Assembly (NCBI RefSeq): GCF_009914755.1
Contig: NC_060926.1
Origin: the human T2T-CHM13v2.0 reference genome, Homo sapiens
Reading direction: 5' to 3' (one strand)
DNA length: 64,000 bases
Shown here: one piece after another, positions 15,264 through 31,319 of the stretch
Position numbering within the stretch: the stretch's first letter is position 1
Layout of the letters: each line of letters begins with the position of its first letter
Notes under the pieces: model-generated
The model's input: the letters and a program-made list of their open reading frames with translations, nothing else
Told to the model about the DNA's origin: nothing
Databases searched by the model: none
Position numbers and translations under genes: made by a program

Positions 15264-16754
15264 ATCAGGAGTAGCTGTATTAATGTCAGGTAAAGGGGGC
15301 TTGAGATCAAAGAAAATTGCTAGAGACAAAGAGAGACAGTCCATATTAACGTAATGATTGATCCACTAGGAAGACATAAAAATCCTAAATCTGCATGCAC
15401 CAAACACAGAGCCTCAGAATACATGAAGCAAAGCCAATGAGAACCTAAGGGAAAAATAAACCCTCAGGTTATAGTTGGAGCCTTCAATCTTTCACTTTCA
15501 GCAATTGAAAGAACTCTTAGACAAAAAACCAGAACACAGCCAACCGATGGTATCTAAGTGAGCACTCCACTCAGCAGCAGCAGAATAGACAGTTTTTCAA
15601 GCAACCGTGGGGCATTAACCAAGATAGATTATAGCCTGGGCCTTCAAGCAAACTGCAACGAGTTTAAAACAACTGAAATCATACACAATATGTTCTCTGA
15701 CCATAATGGAATCAAACTAGATATCAGTACAGAAAGACAACAGGAAAATCTCCAAACACTTAGAATTTAAACAAAATGCTTCAAAATAATTCATGGGTCA
15801 AAGATGCAGTCTCTAAGGAAATTTTTTAAAATGCATAGAACTGAAGGAAAATAAAAACACAACATATAAAACCATGTGGGATGCAGCTGAGAGTACATTT
15901 TGTAAATTTATAAATGCTTACATTAGAATAGAAGAAAAATCTCAAATCAATAATATAAGTTCTATCTTAAGAAATGATAAAAAAAGGAACAAAACAAACC
16001 CCAAACGACCAGAAGAAACTAAATAATAAGTGCAGAAATCAGTGAAGTTGCACATAGGAAAGCAATTGAAAAAAAATCGATAAAGCAAATATCTGGTTCT
16101 TTGAAAAAAATCAATAACATTGGTAAATCTCTAGCAAGACTGACTTACATAAAAAGAGAAAAGACATGAGTCACCAATTTCAGGCAGACCAAAATTTAAC
16201 GATGTAAAATAAATGGACCAATTTTTCACAACCCTCAAACTATCAAACTCCACAAGATGAACTAGACAGCCTGATTAGTCCTAAAACAATTAAGAAATTG
16301 AATCTGTAATTAAAAATCTCCAAGCAACTACTGACAAAGGCACAAAAGTGATTGAAGAGAAGTGCAGTCTTTTGTCTTTTCAACCATGGTGCTGAAGCCA
16401 TTGGACATCTGCAGGCAGAAAAAATGAACCTCAAACTTAACTGTACACAAAAACCAACTCCAATCTCATTGCAGACCTAAACGTAAAATATAAAACTACA
16501 AAAGTTTTAGGGGAAAAAAGAAATAGGTGAAAATCTTTGGGACCTAGGATAGGCAAACAATTCTTAGGTTTAAGGCCAAAAGTAAAAAAGAACAATTTGA
16601 TAAATGGGGTTTCATTAAAGTTAAAACTCTTTGTTCTGGGAACAGGACGAAAAAATAAGCTACTGAGTGAAATGACATATACATAAACTACCTATCTGAC
16701 AAAAGACTTGTATCTAGACTATATAAAAAGCTCCTAAAACTCAACAGCATAAAA

Positions 16755-16868
16755 AATTAAGAACCCAATTACAAAACGGGGAAAGAAAAGGCACTATAGA
16801 CAGCAAATAACAATTAAGAACCCAATTACAAAATGGGCAAAGAAAAGGCACTAAAGACAGCAAATAAC
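16755..16868. repeat. 57-bp tandem duplication inside L1
   Basis: aattaagaacccaattacaaaa...gacagcaaataac starts at 16755 and 16812, with 3 differences. Confidence 0.9.
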
Positions 16869-17533
16869 CACATGAAGAGATGTTCAATATCATTAGCCAT
16901 TGGGGAAGTGCAAATTAAAACATGATAAAAATTATGACACAACTATCAGTATGGCTAAAACAACAACAACAAATAGTGACAACACCAAATGCTGGCAAGG
17001 ATGTGGAGAAACTGGGTCACTTGTACATTGCTGGTGTGAATGCAGAATGATCCAGCCACTCTGGAGACCAGTTTGGCGTTTTCTTGTAAGACGAATCATG
17101 CTGCCATTGTACAGGCCAGCAATTGTACACTTTGATACTCACCTCAGAGAAATGAAAACTTATGCTAGCACGAAAACTGTACATAAATATTCATCACAGT
17201 TTTATTCATCATAGCCAAAAATTGGAAACAACCCAGATCTCCTCAAAGGAGTGAATGGTTAAATAAACTGTGGTACATCTACACCATGGAATAATACTCA
17301 ACATGAAAATAACTGAACTATTGAGTCACACATCAGCTCAGGTGAATCTGCAGAGAATTAGACTCAGTGGAAAAACCCTATTCCCAAAGTTATGTCGTGT
17401 ATGATTACATTTATGTAATATTCTTAAAATGACAAATGTATAGGAGTAATGCGGGTTGGTGGTTTCCAGGGGTCAGGGATGGGGATGGGTGGGCGGAAAA
17501 TGGGAAGCAAGTGTGGTTTAAAAAGATAGCATG

Positions 17534-18184
<651 letters not shown>

Positions 18185-18379
18185 AGCGGGCATGTTCTTT
18201 ATTTTGTCTGCATCAACATCAGTCTCTTGGTTGTGGTATCATATTGGAGTTTTGTAGAATGTTACCATGGGGGAAACTGAGTAAGGGGCACATGGGCTTT
18301 CTCTGTATTAGTTCTTACAACTGCATGTGAATCTACAATTATCTCTAGATTAAAAAGTTTAATTTAAAAAATCAGAAGA

Positions 18380-19276
18380 GCTAACCAAATGGCTTTTATC
18401 CAATGACCTATTTAATTAGCAAATTATGAAATTGAGTTCCTTGTGTTGACCAATCTTTCTTCTTCAAAGGAACCCAGTTTGTAGGGTGCTATGCTTTCAA
18501 AACGCCCTGTTCCATTCGACGTGTTTGTAATTTTCACAGTGATATTTCTGAATGTGATTGGTCTAAAGTTTCTCTTTGTGTCTGCCTATTAGCTTTATGT
18601 GCTACTGTTATGGTGACTTTATAAAAAGTGTTCTGGTGTGTTACTTTTCTATCTATTCTCTGGAACAGTTCAGAGAGCATTAGGCTGGTTTGTTCCTTGA
18701 AGCCTAGATATATTTATCCTTGTGTTTCTTGAAGTTTTTGCTTTAAGCATTTTAATGTAATATTACTTGTCACAGAAAAATATTAGATCATTATTGTAGA
18801 TTGTTATTTTTATTTTTGTGTGTTTTCTTGTTATTTTGCCTTTCCCACTATTCTTTTTCTCTGTTCTGAGTCACTTTGTTCAGATGCAGCTCATGTACTG
18901 TATGTGGCCTGTTGATAAGTTTTGGATTTTAACCCTGGGAACTTTATTTCCTATTAATATATTAATTTTCCCATTTGTTTATTGATATAATTTTTTTATA
19001 TTTTTGTCATCTTGTTTTATTAAAGATCATTTGTCTACTATAAGCTATGTGTGTTTGTGTGTAATTTTTAATAGCTTGCATGCTTATAGTGTAGTCTCTA
19101 TTTCTTAATGAAAAGTGTTAGATTTTATATAATCTCTCCTAACTCCAAGAAACTTATTCTCTTATCCTTTCTCTTAACTTACTTCCTTCCCTTTAACCTT
19201 CCAATTTAGTTTATGCTATATTTTTAATTTCCTGTGGTTATCTTTATATAATTGTATGAAATACTAAAATTCCTAG
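18380..19276 (-). mobile_element. L1ME-type fragment (continuation of the host element)
   Basis: T-rich decayed reversed L1 ORF2-like sequence that resumes from the 13080 breakpoint. Confidence 0.55.
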
Positions 19277-19962
19277 TACAGGCTGTATTTCCCTTATCCA
19301 AAATGCTTGAGACCAGAAGTGATTCAGATTTCATATTTTTTTCAGATTTTAGAATATTTGCATGTACATGATGAGATATCTTGGGAATGGAACCCAAATC
19401 TAAACATAAAATTTATTTATGATTCTTATATACCTTATACAAATAGCCTGAAGGCAATTTTATACATTGTTTTATACAATTTTGTGCATGAAACAAAGCT
19501 TGTGTACATTGACCCATTAGAAAGCAAAGGTGCCACTATCTCAGCCACTGGTGTGGACAGTCTGGGGTTGTCTGGCATCACCATCATTCCTGACTCTGGA
19601 TTTATGTGCTACTGATCAGCCACCATTTTCTTACACTTACTGACATATAAGTACTTAACAGTAAAAAATGACACGCCATTAACACAGTGAGAAAATATCA
19701 TGTTCAGGGTATCTCAGCAGCACAGCAGCGTCACTGGCACCCCTGCACTAGCTTCTAAACCTCAGCAGCAACAAACAATGGCCGCTTCCAGCCACCACCT
19801 ACAATGCTGCATTTTGATTACAAGGCTGCTGTATGCAGTATTTTTTTTAGGTGAGAAGAAACATCAGAAACAGTTGGAAAGGACCGGGAGGTGGATCCTC
19901 TAGGGATGTGGAGGGTTTCTGCTGGATGGCTTTCTTAAATGTTTCCTCTAGAGTCATCTGTG

Positions 19963-21892
<1,930 letters not shown>

Positions 21893-22292
21893 TTCCAGCA
21901 ATATCTTTACACCACAGAGCAGAGAATAAGAAAAAACAAAACAAAACAGTGAGTCATGCAGGTAGGTTTTGGCTTACGTGGGACATTTGGGAACCCGCTG
22001 TTGGCATGTCCAGCCTGCACACATGCCATTTTCTTACCCTTTGAGGACGTGCTTGTGTGGGGTAATCTGGGTGTGTGCAGAGAAGATATATCACCACTGA
22101 AAGTGGATGGAGGGTCTTTTTCCCCTGGGGAATGCTGAATAAACGGTTGTGCACCTGTGTTTTGACTGTGACCCATCACATGAAGTCAGGTGTGAAATTT
22201 TACACTTGTGGCCTCATGTCAGTGCTCAGAAAGTTTCAGATTTTGAAGCGTCTCGGATTCTAGGTTTTCAAATTAAAGATGCTCAAACTATA

Positions 22293-23330
22293 CTTGATAT
22301 ATCAGTTTAAGTATCTAGGAGATAGTTTTAAGTATCTGTTTCCCACCTTACCTCCTTTTTTTTTTTTTTTTGGTTGTTGTTGTTATATCATTATTTCTTC
22401 ATTGAGAAATTTATAAAATTAATTTTACTCTGTAAATAATATTTATGTAGAAGTTTAGCCATAGTTCTGGATTTAAATTTAGTGTATCATCATTACTTAA
22501 TGTCTTTTTTGTCTCTTGCTTGTCTGGAGTTTGTCAGGTTGTTTTCTCAAATTGAGCTCACAGGTGCCATTCCTGAAGTCTTTGGATGTTAGAGAATGTC
22601 TGTCTGTTTTCTCTACATTTGAGCAACACTTTGGGGAGATGCTCTGTAGACATGAAGAAAATACAAATTTAGGCTTCTCCATCCTCTGGTGCCAACTGAA
22701 TCTTCACTTTTTTTCTTTCCTGGAGTTCATAGAATAATTTATTCTTGAAACCCTGTGATTTTACAAAAATGTGTTTATTCTGTAAAATTTTTTCTTGAGA
22801 TATAGTGTTCCCCTTCACCACGCGGATTCAAGCCTTCTTTTATTCTAGTTTTCTTCTATTCTATCTTTGCATTTTTAATTTTTTTTTTTTGTTCTCTTTG
22901 TTTTGTTCTCTGCTTTGGGAATATCATGTATGAACATGTTATGTCCTTTTTTTGCCTGTCTTCCAGATCTATTGTTTTCTTTCTCATCATTTTAACGTTT
23001 TTCCTTGTGTTTTGCTCTATCTTTGCCTATTTCTGGTTTTAGCAGCATCTGTTCTTTGTTTTCTCTACTGAAGCTTTTATTTCTGCATATTCTTAACTTT
23101 CTCTTCCATTTCTTTGTCTGGGCTCCAGAACTTTTTTTTTTTTTTGTCTCTTGAAGATGAATTTTTTTTTTTGCATCTCTTCTTGCAGTATTTGTTTCAA
23201 AGGGGTTTTTAATTTCCTGTGGCATCAGGGAGAAGTTTTTGTTGGAGAGGTTTTCACTGTCCTGGCACAGTTCTGTGGAAGTGTGTTTTTCATTGCCTTC
23301 CTGGATGGTCACATTCAATGTCAGATCAAG
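22293..23330 (-). mobile_element. L1ME-type fragment (ORF1-side remnants)
   Basis: Strongly T-rich decayed sequence; the minus strand translates to K/E-rich pieces. Confidence 0.5.
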
Positions 23331-23858
23331 GCAGGTGCATGGGGGCCCTGACATTTGGAGGAATGCAGTGCAACTCTGACGGGCCCTGCCAGCCCCACAG
23401 TGCCCTCTCCCTTAGGCCAACAGACCTGCCTGGCACCCTGCCCGCAAGGGTCTCAGAGGTGCTCTCGTTTCTGCCTTTGCCCCCCGACCCCCGCCCCGTC
23501 CCCTCTTGTGTCTGCCCCACTCTCATGGCCTTGACTTCACCATCTCCTTCTCTTTTGAACCTTTTGTATCTGGCTTCTTCTTTTCATTAAAAAATATTTT
23601 TACAGAAACTACTCTCTTTGAGCCAACCAATGACTTTCTGTCATCATTTCTGGCTATTTCTTCCAACTCTCGTGGCCTTCTCTATGTCCCCAGCCAGCCA
23701 CTGTTAGGACTGTGGGCTTCCTTAAGCTCTTTCCTTAGGCCCTACTGGTGCAGTCCTGAACCTCCACTAAAGACCGCTGGCCATTCCCCCGGACTTCTGC
23801 CAAAGGCCGTTCTTCCCTCTAGCTTGGATGCTGTTACTGCCCAGGGTTAGTATTGGCT

Positions 23859-24700
23859 CTCTCTGCTCCCCTTCCCTCCCCTCCCTCCTCTCCTCCTCTC
23901 CTCTGCTCCCCTTCCCTCCCCTCCCTCCTCTCCTCTGCTCCCCTTCCGTCCCCTCCCTCCTCTCCTCTGCTCCCCTTCCGTCCCTTCCCTCCTCTCCTCT
24001 GCTCCATTCCCACCCCTCCCTCCACTCCTAGGCTCCCATGCCTTCCCTCCCTCCTCTCCTCTGCTCCCCTTCCCTCCCCTCCCTCCTCTCCTCTGCTCCC
24101 CTTCCGTCCCCTCCCTCCTCTCCTCTGCTCCCCTTCCCTCCCTTCCCTCCTCTCCTCTGCTCCATTCCCACCCCTCCCTCCACTCCTAGGCTCCCATGCC
24201 TTCCCTCCCTCCTCTCCTCTGCTCCCCTTCCCTCCCCTCCCTCCTCTCCTCTGCTCCCCTTCCGTCCCCTCCCTCCTCTCCTCTGCTCCCCTTCCGTCCC
24301 TTCCCTCCTCTCCTCTGCTCCATTCCCACCCCTCCCTCCACTCCTAGGCTCCCATGCCTTCCCTCCCTCCTCTCCTCTGCTCCCCTTCCCTCCCCTCCCT
24401 CCTCTCCTCTGCTCCCCTTCCCTCCCCTCCCTCCTCTCCTCTGCTCCCCTTCCGTCCCCTCCCTCCTCTCCTCTGCTCCCCTTCCCTCCCTTCCCTCCTC
24501 TCCTCTGCTCCATTCCCACCCCTCCCTCCACTCCTAGGCTCCCATGCCTTCCCTCCCTCCTCTCCTCTGCTCTCCTTCCTACCCTCCCTCCTCTCCGCCG
24601 CTCCCGTCTCTCCCCTCCCTGCTCTCCGCTGCTCCCATCCCTCCCCTCCCTCCTGTCTTCTGTGTCCCTCACACCTTCCCCTTCCTCTGCTCTCCTCTGT
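23859..24700. repeat. Polypyrimidine tandem array: 32-bp unit organised in a 158/190-bp higher-order repeat
   Basis: Unit ctctgctccccttccctcccctccctcctctc. The landmark cctagg occurs at 24027, 24185, 24343 and 24533. Confidence 0.97.
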
Positions 24701-24755
24701 GCCCCTGGGAGCCCACATGTTCACTTGCCTGCACCTCAGGCCTGGACTCTGGTGA

Positions 24756-25170
<415 letters not shown>

Positions 25171-25448
25171 TGGCCTCACGTTTTCTGTTTGATTTCTCTC
25201 AATAGAATCCTTGTGTGGGGCCTCGAAGCTGACTGACCACACCCCTGCCTCCGCCCTAAACTTGCGTCTGGGTCAATTGGTAGTGGGGCAGTTGTGTGGA
25301 GGGTTTTGTCACTGTATCTATTCCACCACGCCCTGCCTTTCCCTTCACACAGCCCCCACTCTGGTCCAGGCCCGGCTGGCGCGGTGACTCCTCCCCCACT
25401 GCCTGGTCCTCCCCCGCCCCTCCCACGCAGGCTCCAACACCGTCGGGG

Positions 25449-25520
25449 TAGGTTCTTTCTCCTAAAACATTGCTGAGCCCCACATCGTGTTAGGTTCTTT
25501 CTCATAAAACATTGCTGAGC
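25449..25520. repeat. 42-bp-period local duplication
   Basis: taggttctttctc(c/a)taaaacattgctgagc at 25449 and 25491. Confidence 0.9.
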
Positions 25521-26639
25521 TCCATCTCAGTAAATGTCCAGCAACCCCCCGCCCGCCCCCCAGACTAGGTGGAGCCACACTAGGCCACTTCTGTGACTCT
25601 GGGGTTGGCCCCAGCTGTTCCTCACTCAGTTCCCCACTCTGCTCCCCACTGCGGGGCTCACTGCCCCTCCTCCTGCTGTCCTGAATCCATGCTGAGCTCC
25701 AGCCCTCCCCACCTGAGACACCTCCCTCTGCCTCCCTCATCAGAGGCGGGCACCAGTCCAGAGCCGGCTTCGCCACCCAGCCTTGAGTCACCTCTCCACC
25801 TGGCCACCTACGGAGAAGCTCCTAGGTGATTCATTTGTCAAGTACCGACGAGACACCCTCTGGTGTGAGGCGGCATTGTTAGTAACCTTGTTATGATCTA
25901 AATATTCGCAGGTTTGGATCTCATCGCTACCATAGACTGTTGGAGTTTCAAGGGTGGAGATCCGCCATTGCTTTTTCCATATCCGCAGAAATTCCTTTCA
26001 CATGAAATGTGAGTCTGTTGGGTTCCCCCCCGAGACCAGCGGTGGAAGAAGAAGCTGGAGGTGGCTGATGAGACACTTCATGCTGGACCAAGAAACGGGG
26101 ACTCGGGGTTGAGTCCACATGTGCCATTTGTGGGGACGCCGTGCATTCCCCAGTTTGCCGCTCTCTGTTTCAAATTCTTTCACTCGATGCTGTTGTGGGC
26201 ATGAAGTCAAAGCAGGCATGTGTGAGACAGTGCTTTGTAAAACATAAGGCACGGAACAAGTTTAGAACAGGAAGAGTTGAAGCTGGATTGACGCAATTAC
26301 CAAAAATAAAATTAGCTGAGGGTGTCAGCGATGAGCCATGGAACTTTTAATAATCATCACATTTTAGGTCGGTGCCTTTATGCTTTGAATTCAAATGGCA
26401 TCAATTTAGGAATAAAGAAGTCAACAGTTTTAATGGCCCAATATGGATGCAAGGGTCACTGATTACTTTAGGGTCCTTATGTTGCAAGGAGTCTAGGAAA
26501 AACTTCAATTTTTTTTTTTTACAGCAACGTGATTCTCTTTGTGGTGTCTACTAAAATAAGAAAGTTACAGTGAGATTTCTTCAGTGTTCTGATGGCTTTC
26601 TGCCTCTCCTCTGACCAGCGTGAGCCACTCCTTCATCTC

Positions 26640-26880
26640 TGCCTCTCACTTTCTGCTTGACAGTCAAGGCTCGCCTTGAACCTCCCTCTTCAGAAAGCCT
26701 TTCTGACCTGCCTCCTCAGGAGTGTTTGTTTGTGGTATTTGACCACAATCTGCACTATACTAATTAGCTATGATTTTTATGGGGCTGGAGGAACTTCTAA
26801 GGCAGCAGCCGCGTCGGGTTCTTCTGTCTCCTTCCCAGGGCTTCCTCAGGGCTTAGTACAGGGCATGTGCTAAGCATTCC
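26640..26880 (+). mobile_element. L2 3' fragment
   Basis: cctcttcagaaagcctttctgacc...cagggcttagtacagggc resembles the L2 3' end. Confidence 0.5.
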
Positions 26881-28009
26881 CTAGCCCCTTCCTTTGCCCT
26901 TGTTTGTTCTTTCTAATCAGATTCTGTGGGGAAGTTCATTGTCACAATGTCCAATGTTTAGCATTCAAAGGCTGCATGAGGTAGATCAGGTAAACATACC
27001 TCTCTGGCTGTACCAAAATGGGGGGTTTGGCATATCCGCCACCTGAAAGCAGCTGGACCCTGCGTGGATCTGGGTTTGTATGCTGTGAGTAATGCTGTCT
27101 GCATCTTCGAATCTTTCACTGTAAGAAACAAAAGTCTGACAGCCTCTGAATCCCGCCCTCCTTCCTGATACACTGTGACAATGTGTTTATAGTACCCTGT
27201 TGATGCTGACCAGATGCTTGAAGAGGACAGGGTCAGATGCTTTGTTTGCCGAAGAAACCAGGTAGATACCCACACTGTGGCCCCAGGAGCTGGCAGCATC
27301 CTGGCAGCACCCTCGCAGCACCGCAGAGCCCCCACCTGCCTGCCCGTCACCGATGTCCTTTCTCTTCTTGAGTTAAGCCTTTCACTTACTGTCAGCTGGA
27401 GGATGCATGCCACAGCTAAATCCCTGGCTAAAAGGTACTAACTCCCAGATGCTCCAACCCCCACTGTGGGACTCACCGTGAAAATGTCCAGTTTCTTTAT
27501 TATCAAAGAAAAATAATAGTCAGTGAAACCCAAACAAATCTTAGCGCTCCATGTGGCACAGTCTCTGCCTATTGGGACAAACTTGTGATCTGTTTCATAC
27601 ACCTTAAGATACAATGTATCTTTCGGGAGTATTTTTAAAGGGGCAGGGAGGCGGTGGGTGTGGTGCTTCCTGCAGAAAGACTCCTGAAAGGCGTCTTGAC
27701 TTGTTTTTCTCGCTCCCCAAAGCCCATCCTCTTGTGCCAGCTCACTCCCTCTCCACTCTGCTCCTCCATTTCCTGTGCCTTTCCTGAGGGACTCAGCTTA
27801 CACCCAACACACGCCAAGGGACTTTCATTGCTGCAGCATCTAGGACGTGTCATCTCATTGTCATCACTCAACACTTTTCTTATCAGCCTCAGGCTGTTAC
27901 TTGGTCTCTGCAGATACAGCAGAACTTGAGAGAGAACCAAAAAACAAAATCCTTCCTTGGTCCTGGGTTATTCGCTGGTGGAGTCTGTGTCTCTGCTAAG
28001 ATGACTTTG

Positions 28010-28190
28010 TCAAACACCTGCTATGTGCCAGAGCGTGGGCCCTGTGTCCAGCACACTTGCATGCCCTTTTGAGACTGACAGGCATCATTATCTTTTCTAC
28101 AAAAAAGAAAGACGAGGCACTGGGTGCATAATTAACCTGCCCCAGACACGCAGCCAGTTAGTGGTGAAGCTGGAGCCCCCCCCGGAGCCT
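28010..28190 (-). mobile_element. MIR SINE fragment
   Basis: cacctgctatgtgccag...gaggcac...aacctgccccag...cagccagttagtggtgaagctgg. Confidence 0.6.
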
Positions 28191-29057
28191 TCACATCACT
28201 GCCCTGCTCTCCAGCCAACCGTGGAACGAAACAAGAAGGCAGACAACGTCCACGGACGGCTCGCCCTGTGTTTATTATAGTGTTTGCAAATCTGAATAAC
28301 TGAGCACATTCCTGACAACCCTGACTACTGAAATGAAGGCAAAGAGATGGGATGAAAAATGGGTACTTTGGATCAAAACAACCCCCGATTTATGTAAATG
28401 TAACTCTAACTTTTGGACAGGTGGCAGGTTTGAGACTGGGAAGCTGGATTCCCTCTGGACTGGGGGTGCCTCTGGCGACAACACTCCTGAGGAAGGCTCA
28501 AGCAGAGGAATTTTTTAAAATGAATGAATAAATGAGCTCTTCTCATAGGTTCTCATGAAAGGAGGGTCCCCAAAGAAGGGGAAGGGCTGAAGGGTTGGGT
28601 GATCTACACATCAGCAGCAGCAGTGTGTGGTTTCACCTGACAGACTGCTTGTTTGGGAGGGTGGAGGGGCTCTCCCAGGGGATCCCGAGGTTGCCCCTGA
28701 GTGAGCGAGGTCAGGACAATCTCTCCTCTCCTTCCTGGGTCTCAGGGAGCTTCCATGAACAGAGCTGGGGTCTGAGGCTGGCTCTTGGTTTGCAGCTGGG
28801 CTTGGCTGACACAGCCAGCCTGGCTCTGCTTGGGGTAGCAGGATACAGGAATTTAAGGCCAGCGTCTACTCCTGGGCGGGGGCAGGTCATCCCCCTGCCA
28901 GCCCATCTTTCCAATGTGACTAAGGGAGGTGCAGTGGGATGTGCAGGAAACGAGGATCCCTTCAGCCTCACAGTCCCCGGGACAGGGGCCTTGCATTTGT
29001 GTCTACTGGGCCGGTCTCACCCCAACATCCTAATGTCACCAACGTTGAACTTGTCTA

Positions 29058-29350
29058 TTGTCTCAGTTTGGGTTTTCCTGAAAGTAGGTCCTGAGACAGG
29101 ACTTGCGTACAGGCAGTTTATTTAGGGGACTGAGACAGGGAGAAAAGAAAAGACACAATGTGTGAATGAATAAGACGGACTCTCCTGAGGACAAGTGTTA
29201 CTCAGCCCCACCAACCCCTTCTGAGGACTGTGTAGGACCCACCTGGAATTCATCTCCCCAAAGTATTAGGAGTCTGGGACACTTACTTTTCTGGGCCAGA
29301 AAAAGCCCCAGGCAGAGGTCCATGAAGGACTGATGTGGACAGATGCTCTC
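29058..29350. mobile_element. Old MaLR LTR fragment (MLT1J/K/L-like)
   Basis: tgtctcagtttgggttttcctgaaag...ctgagacagga...gcagtttatttagg. Confidence 0.55.
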
Positions 29351-30044
29351 CAGTGACCTCCTGCACCGATGGTGTCTGCCACCCTGTCTTTGCCACCAGA
29401 CTCTGAGTTCTGAGTCAATTTCGTCCACGGGACCCAGCTGTGGGCTTGGCCCATTTTTTTTTTTTTTTTAATGAATGAATGAATAAGCTCTTCTCATAGC
29501 TTTTCATGTAAGGAGGGTCCCAAAGAAGGATGAGCCAGGAGGCCCAGATAGGGGATCCCCTTTAGTTCCAGGTAGAGGGACACCCCAGGGTTGAGAGGGA
29601 ACAGAGCAGCCTGAGGATGGCAAGGGAAGCGAGGGGTGGGGGTCTGGGGGCCTGGGGGCCTGAGCCCGCTTTGGCAAAGGCCAGGACAAAGTGGCCTTCT
29701 TGAGTGGTAGGGAACAGCAGGGTGTGACCTTCTTCCAGCCCAGGCTGGAGACCCCTCTGCCACCTCCTGGTGAGTGTGATGGGGGGAGGTGGCCTCTGTG
29801 ATGAAAGTAGGAATGGCCAGGGCTGAAGCATCATGATGGAACTGTCCCCTGTGCCCCGGTTATGTGTGTCACTGCTGTGCCATGCCTGGGTGTGTGGGAG
29901 GACTGGAGGACACTGGCTGGGCCTGTATCAGGGCCACAGGAGCCCACTGGATGTTTGTGACTACACATCAAGTATGGAGGTAAGTGTCTTACGTGTTTGG
30001 GAAATGGTAATGGTGGGGAGGCCGGTGCAGGAGAATATGTGGGC

Positions 30045-30250
30045 CATGCCTCCTTCTGCTCCCTACTGTGTAACCTGAGGCAAGTGAACTTACTTCTTTG
30101 TGCTTTATGTCTCCCATCTGTAAAATGAAGACAATCACCATCCCCCCTCTTAGGATTACCACGAGAATGGAATGAGTTAACACACGGAAAACATTCAGAC
30201 AGGGGCCTGAACTTCGGGAGTGCTCAATAATAGCTGTTTTTATTGTTGTG
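30045..30250 (+). mobile_element. MIR SINE
   Basis: ctgtgtaacctgaggcaagt...cccatctgtaaaatg...gagtgctcaataa. Confidence 0.75.
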
Positions 30251-30532
30251 ATTGACAGAGAACCTCTAGAAATAATTTCATTTCTACCTCCCGGTGGTCA
30301 TGCAGGCAGCCATTATTTTGGTCTGTGATGAGCAGTCAGGGTTCAGGCAGGAAGACAGAAACATTCTAGGCATTTGCAACGGAGGGATTTAATATAGGGT
30401 ATTTGTTACACTGGAGACAGAGTCCTGGGAAGCTGAGCAGGAAGTGGCAAAGCAGGTCAAGTCCCCCGAGAAGTGGCCATCAAGGCTTCAGTCGACCTGC
30501 CTGGGATCTACTGGGGAGAGGCCTTCGAGGAC

Positions 30533-30934
30533 AGGAGTGGGTGGGCAGGGTCTCGGAGACCCCACAGGGTGGCCCCTGTGAAGGGGCGGGGTGAGGAGGA
30601 GGATGGAAGGAGGAGTGGGTGGGCAGGGTCTCGGAGACCCCACAGGGTGGCCCCTGTGAAGGGGCGGGGTGAGGAGGAGGATGGAAGGAGGAGTGGGTGG
30701 GCAGGGTCTCGGAGACCCCACAGGGTGGCCCCTGTGAAGGGGCGGGGTGAGGAGGAGGATGGAAGGAGGAGTGGGTGGGCAGGGTCTCGGAGACCCCACA
30801 GGGTGGCCCCTGTGAAGGGGCGGGGTGAGGAGGAGGATGGAAGGAGGAGTGGGTGGGCAGGGTCTCGGAGACCCCACAGGGTGGCCCCTGTGAAGGGGCG
30901 GGGTGAGGAGGAGGATGGAAGGAGGAGTGGGTGG
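30533..30934. repeat. G-rich minisatellite/VNTR, 5.15 x 78 bp
   Basis: Unit aggagtgggtgggcagggtctcggagaccccacagggtggcccctgtgaaggggcggggtgaggaggaggatggaagg starts at 30533, 30611, 30689, 30767 and 30845; the copies appear identical. Confidence 0.98.
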
Positions 30935-30967
30935 CTGCAGCACAGCCCTAAGAAAGCTTGTCTTGGG

Positions 30968-31319
<352 letters not shown>

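Noticed and set aside
25560-25578. CTCF-like motif agactaggtggagcc (similar ones at about 42880 and 57842)
   Set aside because: Several mismatches at core positions; it cannot be supported without a PWM scan or ChIP data.
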